Below, one piece after another: positions 27,787 through 38,300 of a DNA stretch of 64,000 bases. Every line of letters begins with the position of its first letter. The first letter of the stretch is position 1. The DNA comes from Bacteroidota bacterium (GTDB lineage: Bacteria; Bacteroidota; Ignavibacteria; Kapaibacteriales; UBA2268), in NCBI GenBank assembly GCA_040264895.1, contig JBDQHL010000001.1, positions 79,060 to 143,059 on the forward strand, written 5' to 3'. Both the position numbers and the translations under genes were made by a program. A model generated the notes under the pieces. It searched no databases. It was given only the letters and a program-made list of their open reading frames with translations, and had not been told where the DNA came from.

Positions 27787-28368
27787 TTATCGCTTTACTG
27801 CTCCAAAATAAAACATCTTAATTAATTGAATTATAAGTTCCTCTGTATCAGGGTATATTTTTTGCAGCTTTGGGTTGAAGAGCATTTCAATAATATTATT
27901 TCTAAAAAAATTAAGAAACTCAATGTCAACATCTGCTCTTATATTCCCTTTACTTTGCTCACGTTTTAAAAGTTGCAAAACAGATTCATTGTAAATCATA
28001 TGTTTTTTTTGGATAAATTCCTTAAGCTCAACATTATCCTGATGGGCTATATCATCAATATATTTTTTGCTAATGCCTTTTAATAATTCAGAGTGAGCAA
28101 ATATCAATTCCATAATCTTTTCATTAAAGGGAAGATTTTTTTGGAATATTTCTTCATATTTTCGGTTAAAACCATTGTAGTTCTCTTCAATTATTTGCTT
28201 GAGCAGCTCATACTTGTTTTCATACTTTCTATAGAAAGTCATATTGCTAACGCCAGCTTCCTCACATATATCAGCTACATTGGTTTTGCTAATACCATTT
28301 TTCCATATTAATTCTTTTGCAGCTTGATATATTTTATCCTTCGTGTTTTCCATAAACCTACCCTCCAT
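27787..28368 (-). CDS. TetR/AcrR family transcriptional regulator
   Basis: N-terminal HTH ISKTNVADICEEAGVSNMTFYRKYENKYEL. The start could instead be the Met at 28353. Confidence 0.85.
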   Translation of the reverse strand: MEGRFMENTKDKIYQAAKELIWKNGISKTNVADICEEAGVSNMTFYRKYENKYELLKQIIEENYNGFNRKYEEIFQKNLPFNEKIMELIFAHSELLKGISKKYIDDIAHQDNVELKEFIQKKHMIYNESVLQLLKREQSKGNIRADVDIEFLNFFRNNIIEMLFNPKLQKIYPDTEELIIQLIKMFYFGAVKR

Positions 28369-28669
28369 AAGTGTTTACAGCGAAAAATAATAGCATCCAA
28401 ACTGTAGAATTTGGAGCTTAGTTGTTCTCAGTTAATAACATCTTCTGTATAAAAAATAGTAGATTTGGGTTCAGTAAGCACTCCTTGCAAATTTAATTAA
28501 ATAAAATTTTGTTGAAACGAACTTAATAAATTTTTATAGACGATATGAACGTCACACAAGTCAGAACCATTATTGGAGCATTTTGTTACAGAAAGTGGTA
28601 AAATTAAAACATAAATATTGTAATTTCGTTTTTTGAACACTTCAACAATACAGATAATAGTTATATATT

Positions 28670-29047
28670 TTGGAATCAACTTCTAGTGATAAAATAGGAA
28701 TAGTGGCATCAGTTCTTTGCCTAATTCACTGCCTGGCTTTGCCGATTGCGTTCACTCTATCAGCCGACACACTCTACTTGGTTGAACACGAAATGCCAAT
28801 AGTCGATTATATCTTTGCTGGCATTGCGCTGTTCGCAGCTGTATTATCTGCTCGCAAAACGAGTGATCCAAAAATAAAAGCTGCTTTTGCAGTTGGCTGG
28901 GGGCTTTTTATATTAGGTGTACTATTCCATCACCATTATATTATGGTGTACTTACTTCACCTTGGCTCACTAGTCCTGATAGTTACACACTATAAAAACA
29001 TAAGAAACTGTAGAGTAAACCTTAAAAAACCTGATAAAATGAAATGA
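28670..29047 (+). CDS. MerC-like small membrane protein
   Basis: GIVASVLCLIHCLALPIAF (CxxxC in TM1) plus three further TM helices. TTG start is uncertain. ATGA overlap with polX. Confidence 0.55.
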   Translation: MESTSSDKIGIVASVLCLIHCLALPIAFTLSADTLYLVEHEMPIVDYIFAGIALFAAVLSARKTSDPKIKAAFAVGWGLFILGVLFHHHYIMVYLLHLGSLVLIVTHYKNIRNCRVNLKKPDKMK

Positions 29048-30741
29048 GAAACGAAATTACAAGAATACTAAAAGAAGTAGCTGAATTGTTAGAGTTAAAA
29101 GGTGAAAACCATTTTAAAACTCGCGCATACACAAACGCTTCGAACTTAATATCTGAAGAAAGAATAGATATAGAAAGGCATGTAAGAGAAGGCACACTTA
29201 GGGAAATTGATGGAATAGGCAAAGCATTGCAAGAAAAACTCACAGACTATGTCGAAAATGGGACTATGCAATACCACCAAAACTTACTCAAAGAAATACC
29301 TTCTGAAATGGTAGCACTTAGCAAGATAAAAGGAGTAGGACCAAGAAAAGCTAGAAAGTTAGTAGAGCAACACAATGTTGATTCAGTTGCAACCCTAAAA
29401 GAAATGGCAGAGAATGGAGAGCTTGAAAAAATAAAAGGCTTTGGAGCTAAATCTGTACAGCAAATACTTAATTCAATCGAAGAGTCAGCAGGGTACGAGG
29501 GCAAGTACAGATTAGACACTGTCTACAAAGCTGCTGAAGATATATTAGAAATTATAAAAGAAAGCAATACTGTAAAAAAAGCGAGCTATGCTGGTGAGCT
29601 TCGCCGTTGGTTAGAAGTTATAGAGAAACTAGATTTTGTAATTATTCCCAAAGACTTAGATAAACTCAAAGAAGTTCTAAGCAAAGAACACAATATTGAA
29701 TCAGATGAGAAGAAGATAGAGTTTAAATATGGGTATAAAGTTTTGCCTGTTGTTTTGCATATTGCAAATGAAGATAATTTTGGATTAATAGCACACGACT
29801 TAAGTTGTTCTGAAAGCTATTTATCAGCTTTTTCAGATTTAAGAAGTAATGCCTTCAAGGTAAATGATGTGTATCTTTACGATGGCGAAGAAAAGTTAAG
29901 TATCGCCACTGAAGAGGAACTCTACAAAAAAATGGCATTGCAGTACGTAGAACCCGAAACACGCGAGCAGCCACAAGCATTGCAGTTTGCAAATACTAAT
30001 GAACTTCCGAAATTAATCGAAGAATCCGATATGAAGGGAATGCTCCACTGCCATAGCCACTGGAGTGATGGGCTTAATACAATAGAAGAAATGGCACTGG
30101 AAGCAAAAAAACTTGGGTACTCGTATTTCGCAATAACTGACCATAGTAAGACTGCCGTATATGCAAATGGTTTATCTCCCGAACGAGTTCTGGCACAGCA
30201 CAAAGAAATAGATGAACTGAACGAAAAGGACTTAGGAATAAAAATATTAAAAGGTATAGAATCTGACATACTTAATGACGGCAGCTTAGATTACGATGAA
30301 GAAATATTAGAAAAGTTTGACTTAGTCGTGGCATCAATTCACTCAAATTTTACAATGAGCAAGAAAGATATGACCGATAGAGTTATCAGAGCAGTAATGA
30401 GCCCTTACACCACAATACTTGGTCACCCTACTGGAAGATTATTACTTAGAAGAAAAGGTTATGAAATAGATCAAAAGGCTGTTATAGATGCCGCAGCTGA
30501 ACACAAAACAGTAATAGAAATAAATGCTAATCCATATCGATTAGATTTAGATTGGCGACTGCTTGGCTATGCAAAGCAAAAGGGAGTAAAAATAGCAATC
30601 AACCCCGATGCGCATAACTTAAGGGGACTTAAGCACGTAAAATACGGTATCCGTATGGCAAGAAAAGGTTGGCTAACTCACAATGATATAGTCAACACTT
30701 ACAGCTATAATAAATTCAAAATGACAGTATTGAGCAAATGA
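29044..30741 (+). CDS. polX: family X DNA polymerase with C-terminal PHP phosphoesterase domain
   Basis: N-terminal ELLELKGENHFKTRAYTNA and HhH motifs (IKGVGPRKA, IKGFGAKS). PHP domain reads LHCHSHWSDG...ITDHS. Confidence 0.9.
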   Translation: MRNEITRILKEVAELLELKGENHFKTRAYTNASNLISEERIDIERHVREGTLREIDGIGKALQEKLTDYVENGTMQYHQNLLKEIPSEMVALSKIKGVGPRKARKLVEQHNVDSVATLKEMAENGELEKIKGFGAKSVQQILNSIEESAGYEGKYRLDTVYKAAEDILEIIKESNTVKKASYAGELRRWLEVIEKLDFVIIPKDLDKLKEVLSKEHNIESDEKKIEFKYGYKVLPVVLHIANEDNFGLIAHDLSCSESYLSAFSDLRSNAFKVNDVYLYDGEEKLSIATEEELYKKMALQYVEPETREQPQALQFANTNELPKLIEESDMKGMLHCHSHWSDGLNTIEEMALEAKKLGYSYFAITDHSKTAVYANGLSPERVLAQHKEIDELNEKDLGIKILKGIESDILNDGSLDYDEEILEKFDLVVASIHSNFTMSKKDMTDRVIRAVMSPYTTILGHPTGRLLLRRKGYEIDQKAVIDAAAEHKTVIEINANPYRLDLDWRLLGYAKQKGVKIAINPDAHNLRGLKHVKYGIRMARKGWLTHNDIVNTYSYNKFKMTVLSK

Positions 30742-31703
30742 GATTATTTACAAAGTTAATATTATCAATCACTTTAATACCACTTTCATTATTTTCTAAC
30801 GATATATTTGTTGGTTCTGTACAGCAAGGTGTTGGGGCTGACTCAATAGCACCAAAGCGTATTTATTCTGCTCTAAAGTTCTCGCTTGATATGACTACAG
30901 AACATCATACTGTTCCAGATTCTGTTAGAACTAAAGCCATAGTTGAAGCTGACTCGAATGATACTTACGAAGATTTAGCAAGACAGGTAGAAGCCCAATT
31001 CACTTGCTACGCAAGTGTAGATGTACTTCATAATATGTTAAGAGCAAACATAACACTAACTAACAGTGATGGTAATGATAAAATCGGCTTTGGCTATGCT
31101 GCAATTCACCACATTCAAGATGGAAAGCAAGTATATGACATAGCATTAGTAAAGGCATTCCAAAGGGCAACTATGAATGTAATTGGAGATACTACAATTT
31201 ACCAGCACCAACCCAAGGAATTTCAATTAAAGCCAGCCGGCTCTCTAGTTGTAGGTGGGTTCATAATGAACAATAATAATATCCCATTTAACTGGGAGCT
31301 CTTTACAAATAAATCAGTAACATCATACTATGCATCCGAATCGATATACGAAGCTGCCATAGAATCTGACAATTATGCTATTTATGATATAGCTACTCGT
31401 GATTCTATGTATGCCATATTCAAAATATATATGGTCGAAAATTCATCTCCTGCATCGGCGTCAGAGTTAAAAATGCTCAGCCAGTTTGATGTACAATATT
31501 ATCTATATGGTATCTTGGATAGGGATTTGAATTCTGCTAATATGAAAATAATTTTAGCTGAATTGAACAATGGGAAAATCAAAATACTAAACACTGCAGA
31601 TGGTGTATTGAATAATGATAATAAAGAAAAAATGAAAGCTCTTGTTCAAAAGCTTACAAAAGAGGTCCTATCAATTGGCTATAACGAAAGGGATACTGAC
31701 TAG
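30738..31703 (+). CDS. secreted hypothetical protein
   Basis: Signal-like N-terminus MRLFTKLILSITLIPLSLFS and ATGA overlap with polX. I recognise no motif. Confidence 0.5.
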   Translation: MRLFTKLILSITLIPLSLFSNDIFVGSVQQGVGADSIAPKRIYSALKFSLDMTTEHHTVPDSVRTKAIVEADSNDTYEDLARQVEAQFTCYASVDVLHNMLRANITLTNSDGNDKIGFGYAAIHHIQDGKQVYDIALVKAFQRATMNVIGDTTIYQHQPKEFQLKPAGSLVVGGFIMNNNNIPFNWELFTNKSVTSYYASESIYEAAIESDNYAIYDIATRDSMYAIFKIYMVENSSPASASELKMLSQFDVQYYLYGILDRDLNSANMKIILAELNNGKIKILNTADGVLNNDNKEKMKALVQKLTKEVLSIGYNERDTD

Positions 31704-34484
31704 TTTATTTTCGCATACTACACCAAAGTGGTACATTCCAGAAGATAAACCCTCACTACTAAATTTTATCAATTTGTAGCCATTGTACAAGGTTTCATTT
31801 CCAAATTCTTTGACTATTCTTCCTCGATTATCATATATAGCATAACTTGCATTCATTTGCTTATCACAGTTTATCATAACACTCACCTCTCCGTTAGAAT
31901 AAACTGGGTTGGGTGAAATTGCATCAATTGTTATATTTGTGTTATCCTCTACACTAGTAAATACAGTCAAGTCATCTATTTTATTATCTATCTCATTTGA
32001 AGTTTCTATAATTTCTTCCTTTATTGTTCCTGCATTTATACTCATTTGTAGTACAACTGATTTCTTACTCGGAATCAAAAATGGCCCAGCACCACTATAC
32101 ATTGAGGCATCGCGAACCACACTAGTCTTTCTGCCAATTCCATTAGTCATAGCTGATCTTTTTGAAAAATCATCGAACGAGCTGTAAACTGTTATGGAAT
32201 TATCAGCTCCATCATTATTGAACGCGTAGAAATTCTGCTCTTGGCCACTATGAAGCTTTACCGCAACCTTTGGGCTGATCTCTTCCCCAACAATTTCAGC
32301 AATCCCTACATTTTCTTCTTCATTATAATAAATTATATCATCAGCACCACCATAACTAATATCCCAATCGAAAAAGAGTCCTGCATAGATTGAATCTAAA
32401 TCAACATCACTATTATTAGTTAACTCATACTCCAAAATGAGTGAATTGGGATGTTCTGGTACTATATACGCCTTTTGGTTTACAGTGATTCCTAAAGCAT
32501 TAACATTTGTATTACCGAACCCTTCTGGTTTATCCGTATATTTTGCTTCCGAATAGATAGTACCATCTTTATCATTCGTAGTTATTCTCTTTTCTCTAAT
32601 CCAATCTCTTTCCTTTCCGCCACTGCTATTTCTTATAACATCAGCAACATAGACACTATCATTAGTGCTAATCCTTTGTGTAAGCATTAGTCCACCTTCA
32701 AACATCATATTTCTATTGTTTAAAGTAAAGCCCTCACCTTGCAAATTGCTCGGGAAATCGTTAAATCCTATATTACCATTACTATTCAATGTTACAGAAA
32801 TTCCTTCACTTCTCATTGTTATATATGTTTGGTTAACACTAAAAGTAACATAAAGCTTATTAACAAACTGGGCATCGCTATATACATCTAAAGTAATTGT
32901 GTACTCATAGTCATTGGGGACATTATCGGATATTTCAATGTTTACACCGTTTATACTGAAATCAGCTCCAGATTCGATAAATTCAAATTCATAAGAAGAT
33001 TCTTCCAATACGAATGGGTATAACTCATCGCCTTCGATAATCACATCGACATTGCTTAGGTCACCAAGTATATTTCTCATTTCAAAATCAATACTAATAT
33101 TATCCTCAGGAAGAATATTCTCAGCACCATTGAGATTTATTATTCCATAACTATCTAGAGCAACGGATTTCAGATTAACTCTTTCTAAAGCTTTTCTTAA
33201 GTTTACCCTTCCTCTACCAATCTTGTCATTGAAGCTACTATTAAGATCTGAAATATCATCGGCGTTAACCATTATCAAGTGCTTGATTTCTTCAGCATTA
33301 TATTCTGGGAATTCTGACATAAGTACTGCCGCTACACCAGCTACAACTGGCGATGCCATAGAAGTTCCACTTTTATAATCATATGTGCTGTTAGGTGTAG
33401 TTGCTAAAACAAAACTTCCTGGTGCCGAAACACCTACAGAAGTGTGATAGTTCGAGAAACCAGATTTTCTATCATCATCAGCCGTAGAAGCTACAGAAAG
33501 CACACCGTCATACCCTGCTGGATAGAACTTTAAATCAGAGCCATTATTACCTGCAGCAGCAACAATAAGAGCTCCCATTTCATTTACTAATCTGACTACA
33601 TCTGCATCCGTTTGCGAATAACCAGATGAACCCCATGAACAATTAATTACTCGGCAGCCCATAGCTCCAGCGTATAGCAATCCTTCGAACTGGTTATAAA
33701 CTGATCTATCCAAACCATTGTCCGAACCAATTTTTACATTCAATAATTTAACTCTTGGAGCTACTCCTGCTACACCAATACCATTGTCCACTTCGGCAGC
33801 TACTATACCAGCTACGTGAACTCCGTGGTCATTAGCAAAGGTAGGATCATTATCCTTCCCACTTTCAGAGCCAAAGTCCCATCCCCTCCAATCGTCAACG
33901 TAACCATTGCCATCATCATCTCTCAAATTTGTTCTCTTGTCATCTCCATTCTCATCCAATCCACTTTCGCCAGGATTAACCCAATTCGTATTAGCTAAGT
34001 CTTCATGCTCAAAATCAATCCCCGTATCAACTACACCAGCTAAAACTGTATCACCAGTTAGGTTCTCCCATGATTCGGCAATCTGAGTAATAAACAAATG
34101 ATATTGACTACCTAATTGTGGATCATCTGATTCACCTATTAGCAATTCTGCCTTGGGAATTCTCTCCGCATATATAATTGACTTGTCCTTGTTCAGTATG
34201 CTCGATATTTTTGCAATATCCACTTTTCCTGGAAATATAACCCTTCTCACGTTTCTTAATTCATTCAATAATGAGTCGCCTCTCGGTGTCAAATCAACAT
34301 TTCTGAATAGTTTGTCATTGATTAGTGGCAGTGACATATAACCATTATTACTCGCACTGAGCAATGATGTCTGTTTACCACCATTATCAAATTTTACGTA
34401 AAGTGAGTTGGATTCATATCCAGTTTGCCCTGAAAGCAATAAGGGAACTATGAGAATTAGTATTATTAAATTTAGATTTTTCAT
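31671..34484 (-). CDS. subtilisin-like serine peptidase (S8) with T9SS CTD
   Basis: Catalytic triad contexts VVDTGID, HGVHVAGIV and SGTSMASPVVAG. CTD reads ISPNPVYSNGEV...GMYHFGVVCENKLVSIPFVIAN. The start is set at the Met preceding the signal peptide MKNLNLIILILIV. Confidence 0.9.
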   Translation of the reverse strand: MKNLNLIILILIVPLLLSGQTGYESNSLYVKFDNGGKQTSLLSASNNGYMSLPLINDKLFRNVDLTPRGDSLLNELRNVRRVIFPGKVDIAKISSILNKDKSIIYAERIPKAELLIGESDDPQLGSQYHLFITQIAESWENLTGDTVLAGVVDTGIDFEHEDLANTNWVNPGESGLDENGDDKRTNLRDDDGNGYVDDWRGWDFGSESGKDNDPTFANDHGVHVAGIVAAEVDNGIGVAGVAPRVKLLNVKIGSDNGLDRSVYNQFEGLLYAGAMGCRVINCSWGSSGYSQTDADVVRLVNEMGALIVAAAGNNGSDLKFYPAGYDGVLSVASTADDDRKSGFSNYHTSVGVSAPGSFVLATTPNSTYDYKSGTSMASPVVAGVAAVLMSEFPEYNAEEIKHLIMVNADDISDLNSSFNDKIGRGRVNLRKALERVNLKSVALDSYGIINLNGAENILPEDNISIDFEMRNILGDLSNVDVIIEGDELYPFVLEESSYEFEFIESGADFSINGVNIEISDNVPNDYEYTITLDVYSDAQFVNKLYVTFSVNQTYITMRSEGISVTLNSNGNIGFNDFPSNLQGEGFTLNNRNMMFEGGLMLTQRISTNDSVYVADVIRNSSGGKERDWIREKRITTNDKDGTIYSEAKYTDKPEGFGNTNVNALGITVNQKAYIVPEHPNSLILEYELTNNSDVDLDSIYAGLFFDWDISYGGADDIIYYNEEENVGIAEIVGEEISPKVAVKLHSGQEQNFYAFNNDGADNSITVYSSFDDFSKRSAMTNGIGRKTSVVRDASMYSGAGPFLIPSKKSVVLQMSINAGTIKEEIIETSNEIDNKIDDLTVFTSVEDNTNITIDAISPNPVYSNGEVSVMINCDKQMNASYAIYDNRGRIVKEFGNETLYNGYKLIKFSSEGLSSGMYHFGVVCENKLVSIPFVIAN

Positions 34485-34595
34485 ATTAAAGTATAACAAA
34501 TGATATCTGTTATTCGTTATATAATGTTGCAAATACTGACTAAAGAAACTTTAATTTTTTAAGTTTGTTAAACAAAAAAAATAGATAATAAGAAA

Positions 34596-35636
34596 TTGCT
34601 TAAACTAGAAAACGAAATATATTTATATCTGCATGGTGCACTGCCTGTACTGGTATTGGTGTATCTTGTTTACAGAGCAAAAAGAAAGAAATTACTGAAT
34701 TCATTCGCCAGTACTGAAGCCCTCAAGCGACTATCGCCTAATGTTTCTACATTCAAAAACAGCTTCAAATTTATTTTAATAGCTGTAGCATTCTCTGCTA
34801 TGGTAGTCGGATTAGCTAACCCTCTTATTGGAACTAAGATGAAAGAAGTTAAGCGAGAAGGCGTAGAAGTAGTGATAGCAGTTGATGTATCCAACTCGAT
34901 GTTAGCAGAAGATATTAGGCCCAACAGGTTAGAAAGAGCAAAATCAGCTATAAACAGAATGATTAGCGAACTCTCTCAAGATAAGATTAGCATCGTTTTA
35001 TTCGCAGGTGATTCATTTCTTCAGCTTCCACTCACTACTGATTATTCGGCAGCAAAGCTGATGGTGTCGTCAATGAGTACAGATATGATCGAGAAGCAAG
35101 GAACGGCAATAGGTAGCGCAATAGAATTAGGTATGAAATCATTCTCTGAAGATGAAGAAGTGAACAAAGTATTGATAGTAATTACCGACGGTGAAAACCA
35201 CGAGGACGACGCACTCGGAGCAGCAGAAGAAGCTGCTGAAAAAGGCATAACAGTCCACACAATCGGTATGGGCTCTGTAGAAGGTGGCCCAATACCACGT
35301 TACATAAATGGAAGACCCCAAGGGTTTATAAAAGATAACAGCGGGGCAACTGTAGTATCTAAACTAAACGCAAATATGCTACAAGAATTAGCTTCAGTTG
35401 CTGATGGCAAATTTGTCCGTGCAGCAGGTGGTGAAGTCAATCTATCAGACTTGCTTGCCGATATATCAGAGATGGAAAAAACAGAATTTGAAGCTAAAGT
35501 ATTCACTGACTTCGAAGATAGATTTCAATATTTATTCGGGTTTGCTTTGCTGCTACTTCTGATAGAAATGTTAGTGAGCAATAGAAAGAACAAGCGATTA
35601 ACTTTAAGAAAAATAGTAGGTGAAAACAATGAGTAA
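34596..35636 (+). CDS. batB: VWA domain protein, BatB-like
   Basis: N- and C-terminal TM segments, MIDAS site AVDVSNSM, and DIRPNRLERAK typical of BatA/BatB. Confidence 0.8.
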   Translation: MLKLENEIYLYLHGALPVLVLVYLVYRAKRKKLLNSFASTEALKRLSPNVSTFKNSFKFILIAVAFSAMVVGLANPLIGTKMKEVKREGVEVVIAVDVSNSMLAEDIRPNRLERAKSAINRMISELSQDKISIVLFAGDSFLQLPLTTDYSAAKLMVSSMSTDMIEKQGTAIGSAIELGMKSFSEDEEVNKVLIVITDGENHEDDALGAAEEAAEKGITVHTIGMGSVEGGPIPRYINGRPQGFIKDNSGATVVSKLNANMLQELASVADGKFVRAAGGEVNLSDLLADISEMEKTEFEAKVFTDFEDRFQYLFGFALLLLLIEMLVSNRKNKRLTLRKIVGENNE

Positions 35637-36465
35637 AATAAATATAATAATATTGCTTTTGCTTGGAGTTACTGCTTTGCAAGCAGAAGAACCAAAAAAG
35701 TTCATCTATGAAGGAAATGAAAAATACAAAAGCAACAAATACAAAGACGCAGAAATAGATTATAGAAAGTCATTGGAAGAAGACCCAAATTCCTCCATTG
35801 CAAAATACAATTTGGCAAACTCACTATACAAACAAGGAAATTACGAAGAGGCAAAAACAGAATTTGAGGAGCTTGCACATTCCAATTTCTCAAAAAGTGA
35901 ATTGGCAAATATATATCACAATATGGGTAATGCTCTCTTGGAAGACAAAAAGTACCAAGAAAGTATAGATGCTTATATACAATCACTGAAAAACAACCCT
36001 AAAGACCCTGAAACTAAGTATAACTTAGCTTATGCAAGAGAGATGCTTAGAAAACAAGAACAGCAAAACAAAGATAATCAGGACCAGAACAAAGATCAGC
36101 AAGAACAAAAGGACAAGCAAGAACAAAATAAAGATCAAAATGGTGACCAAAACAAGGACCAACAAAACAAAGATGGTCAGAACGAAGATCAGAATAAAGA
36201 TCAAAACGGGCAAGACAAAGACAAGCAAGACGGGCAGAATCAGAAAGAAAATCAAGACCAACAAAACAAAGATGGTCAGGGCAATCAGCAAAACAAAGAA
36301 AAACCAAAAGATGGCGACAAGGCTCAGAAACAAATGCAGCAAAACAAAATCTCTAAAAAAGATGCTGAAAGAATACTTCAAGCTATGATGCAAGAGGAGA
36401 AAAAGCTGCAGAAGAAAATGAGAAAACTTAAATCTGACGACAAAAAAACTGGAAAGAATTGGTAA
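35620..36465 (+). CDS. batC: TPR protein, BatC-like, with Q/N/K/D low-complexity tail
   Basis: Signal peptide, TPR repeats (AKYNLANSLYKQGNYEEA and others), and its position between the VWA and BatD genes. Confidence 0.7.
   Translation: MKTMSKINIIILLLLGVTALQAEEPKKFIYEGNEKYKSNKYKDAEIDYRKSLEEDPNSSIAKYNLANSLYKQGNYEEAKTEFEELAHSNFSKSELANIYHNMGNALLEDKKYQESIDAYIQSLKNNPKDPETKYNLAYAREMLRKQEQQNKDNQDQNKDQQEQKDKQEQNKDQNGDQNKDQQNKDGQNEDQNKDQNGQDKDKQDGQNQKENQDQQNKDGQGNQQNKEKPKDGDKAQKQMQQNKISKKDAERILQAMMQEEKKLQKKMRKLKSDDKKTGKNW
36060..36330 (+). repeat. imperfect coding low-complexity repeat (AACAAAGAT-rich; encodes QNKDQ-type repeats)
   Basis: About 90 codons drawn almost only from Q, N, K, D, E and G. 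It opens spurious ORFs in three other frames and strands. Confidence 0.85.
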
Positions 36466-38300
36466 TGAGAGGATTTACGAAAACTTATCTGCTATTGATA
36501 CTATTAGTAACTGCTACTGCATCTATTATAGCACAAAACTTCACTGCGGCAGTGTCGAGCAATCCTGTGATAGAAGGTGAGCCTTTTCGAATACAATTTA
36601 GTGTTGACACCGATGCGTCTAACTTTAGACCACCCAGCTTTAGTGGTATGGAAGTGCTCCAAGGACCATCTCAATCGAGTAGCACTCAGATAATTAATGG
36701 GCGTTACAGCAGAGCACTAACCTTCACCTATGTGTTGAAAGCAACAAAAACAGGCACAATAGACATAAAGCCAGCCACTATACAAGTAGAAGGCAAACGA
36801 CTACGTTCTAACTCTATAAAGTTAAGAGTTGTAGAACCTTCGGAAGCTGAAAAACAAAGACGTCAGCAAGAAGCAGAACGCGAAAAGAAAATGAAAGGCG
36901 ATGCGATTGATATTATCAAGGATAATCTATACCTACGCACCAATGTTTCTAAGCGTGATGTATATGTGGGTGAGCAAGTAACCGCATCCTTTAAGCTGTA
37001 TCAAAATGCTGATTTGAATATAGTTGGATTAGAATTAGAAAGTTCACCTGTACTTAATGGATTTTGGAGTCAGGAAATAGACTTAGGTGAATTACAATGG
37101 AAACGAGAGCAAGTTAATGGCGTTTGGTTTCGAGTAGCTAACCTAAAGCAAGTCGTGCTTTTCCCTCAACAAAGCGGTAAATTAACTGTTGAGCCTTATG
37201 AGTTTAAGACAGTAGTAAGACTAAGAACAAGCGGTCAGCAAAGAAGTAGACGAAGTATTTTCGATGATTTTTTCAACCGTGGCTCTTACAAAGACTTTGA
37301 GTACAACCTAAGCTCATCACCAATAACTGTGAACGTAAAGTCACTACCCGAAGGAGCACCAAATGGCTTTAACGGTGCAGTTGGCAAATTCGATATGGAA
37401 GCCTGGGTAGATAACACTAAAACAGTTGCCAATGAGCCAATAACAATGAAAGTAAAGATAAACGGCAAAGGTAACATAAAGCTATTCGACGCACCGAATA
37501 TCAATCTACCACCCGATATGGAGACATTCGACCCAAAAACTGCCGACAACTCACGGTTGTCACTTGCTGGTATGTCTGGCGAGAAGATATTCGAATATCT
37601 TATCATTCCCCGTACACCTGGTGAATATAAAATAGAACCAGTTACTTTTTCTTACTTCGATTTGGGCTCCAAAACATATAAGACTCTCTCATCAGAAGAG
37701 TTTCTAATAACCGTTGGCAAAGGAGAATATGACGGCACAAGCAATGTATCCGGTGTCAGCCGCGAAGAGCTTCAGTTAATAGGGAAAGATATCCGATACA
37801 TAAAATCGGACACCGAACTACAAGACAAAAATCATGGTGGATTTTTTGGTACTCCATCATTCTATGCATTGATAATGCTACCATTCTTCTTATTCCTAAT
37901 CTTGTTCATCATAATAGCAAAACGTAGAAAAGAAGACGACAACACAGAATTAGTAAAAAACAAAAGAGCAAATAAATTAGCAAAGAAACGTTTAGCAGCA
38001 GCAGGAACTGCACTGAAATCGAACAACAGTTCTGACTTTTACGAAGAGATAACAAAAGCATTATGGGGCTATATTTCTGACAAGCTGAACATACCAGTAT
38101 CAGAGTTAAACAAAGATATGGTTCGCCAAAAATTAAACGATATAGCGATAGATGAAGATACAATCGACAAATTTATTTCTGCATTAGAAGAATCGGAATT
38201 CGCTCGCTATTCACCAGGTGGTGACACCACAGGAAAGATGCAGGAACTTTATGATAAATCGACTAATGTGATAACAAGCATAGAGCGAGGTATAAAATGA
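36459..38300 (+). CDS. batD: BatD (oxygen-tolerance) family protein
   Basis: Signal peptide, repeated beta-rich modules, one TM near the C-terminus (FYALIMLPFFLFLILFIIIA), 613 aa, and operon position. Confidence 0.75.
   Translation: MVMRGFTKTYLLLILLVTATASIIAQNFTAAVSSNPVIEGEPFRIQFSVDTDASNFRPPSFSGMEVLQGPSQSSSTQIINGRYSRALTFTYVLKATKTGTIDIKPATIQVEGKRLRSNSIKLRVVEPSEAEKQRRQQEAEREKKMKGDAIDIIKDNLYLRTNVSKRDVYVGEQVTASFKLYQNADLNIVGLELESSPVLNGFWSQEIDLGELQWKREQVNGVWFRVANLKQVVLFPQQSGKLTVEPYEFKTVVRLRTSGQQRSRRSIFDDFFNRGSYKDFEYNLSSSPITVNVKSLPEGAPNGFNGAVGKFDMEAWVDNTKTVANEPITMKVKINGKGNIKLFDAPNINLPPDMETFDPKTADNSRLSLAGMSGEKIFEYLIIPRTPGEYKIEPVTFSYFDLGSKTYKTLSSEEFLITVGKGEYDGTSNVSGVSREELQLIGKDIRYIKSDTELQDKNHGGFFGTPSFYALIMLPFFLFLILFIIIAKRRKEDDNTELVKNKRANKLAKKRLAAAGTALKSNNSSDFYEEITKALWGYISDKLNIPVSELNKDMVRQKLNDIAIDEDTIDKFISALEESEFARYSPGGDTTGKMQELYDKSTNVITSIERGIK

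Noticed and set aside
28497-28679. A 60-aa minus-strand ORF in the TetR/MerC-like intergenic region
   Set aside because: It lies in an AT-rich promoter region, has no motif, and overlaps the probable MerC-like start.
36060-36330. Repetitive DNA that might be mistaken for a CRISPR array or tandem-repeat locus
   Set aside because: The repeat units are short (6-9 nt), irregular and in frame within a coding sequence. There is no repeat-spacer periodicity and there are no cas genes.
36025-36393. Three overlapping ORFs (36025-36393 minus, 36032-36388 plus, 36047-36307 minus) inside batC
   Set aside because: All are artefacts of the AACAAAGAT-type low-complexity repeat being open in several frames. 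Their translations are poly-L/F/V or poly-K/T strings.
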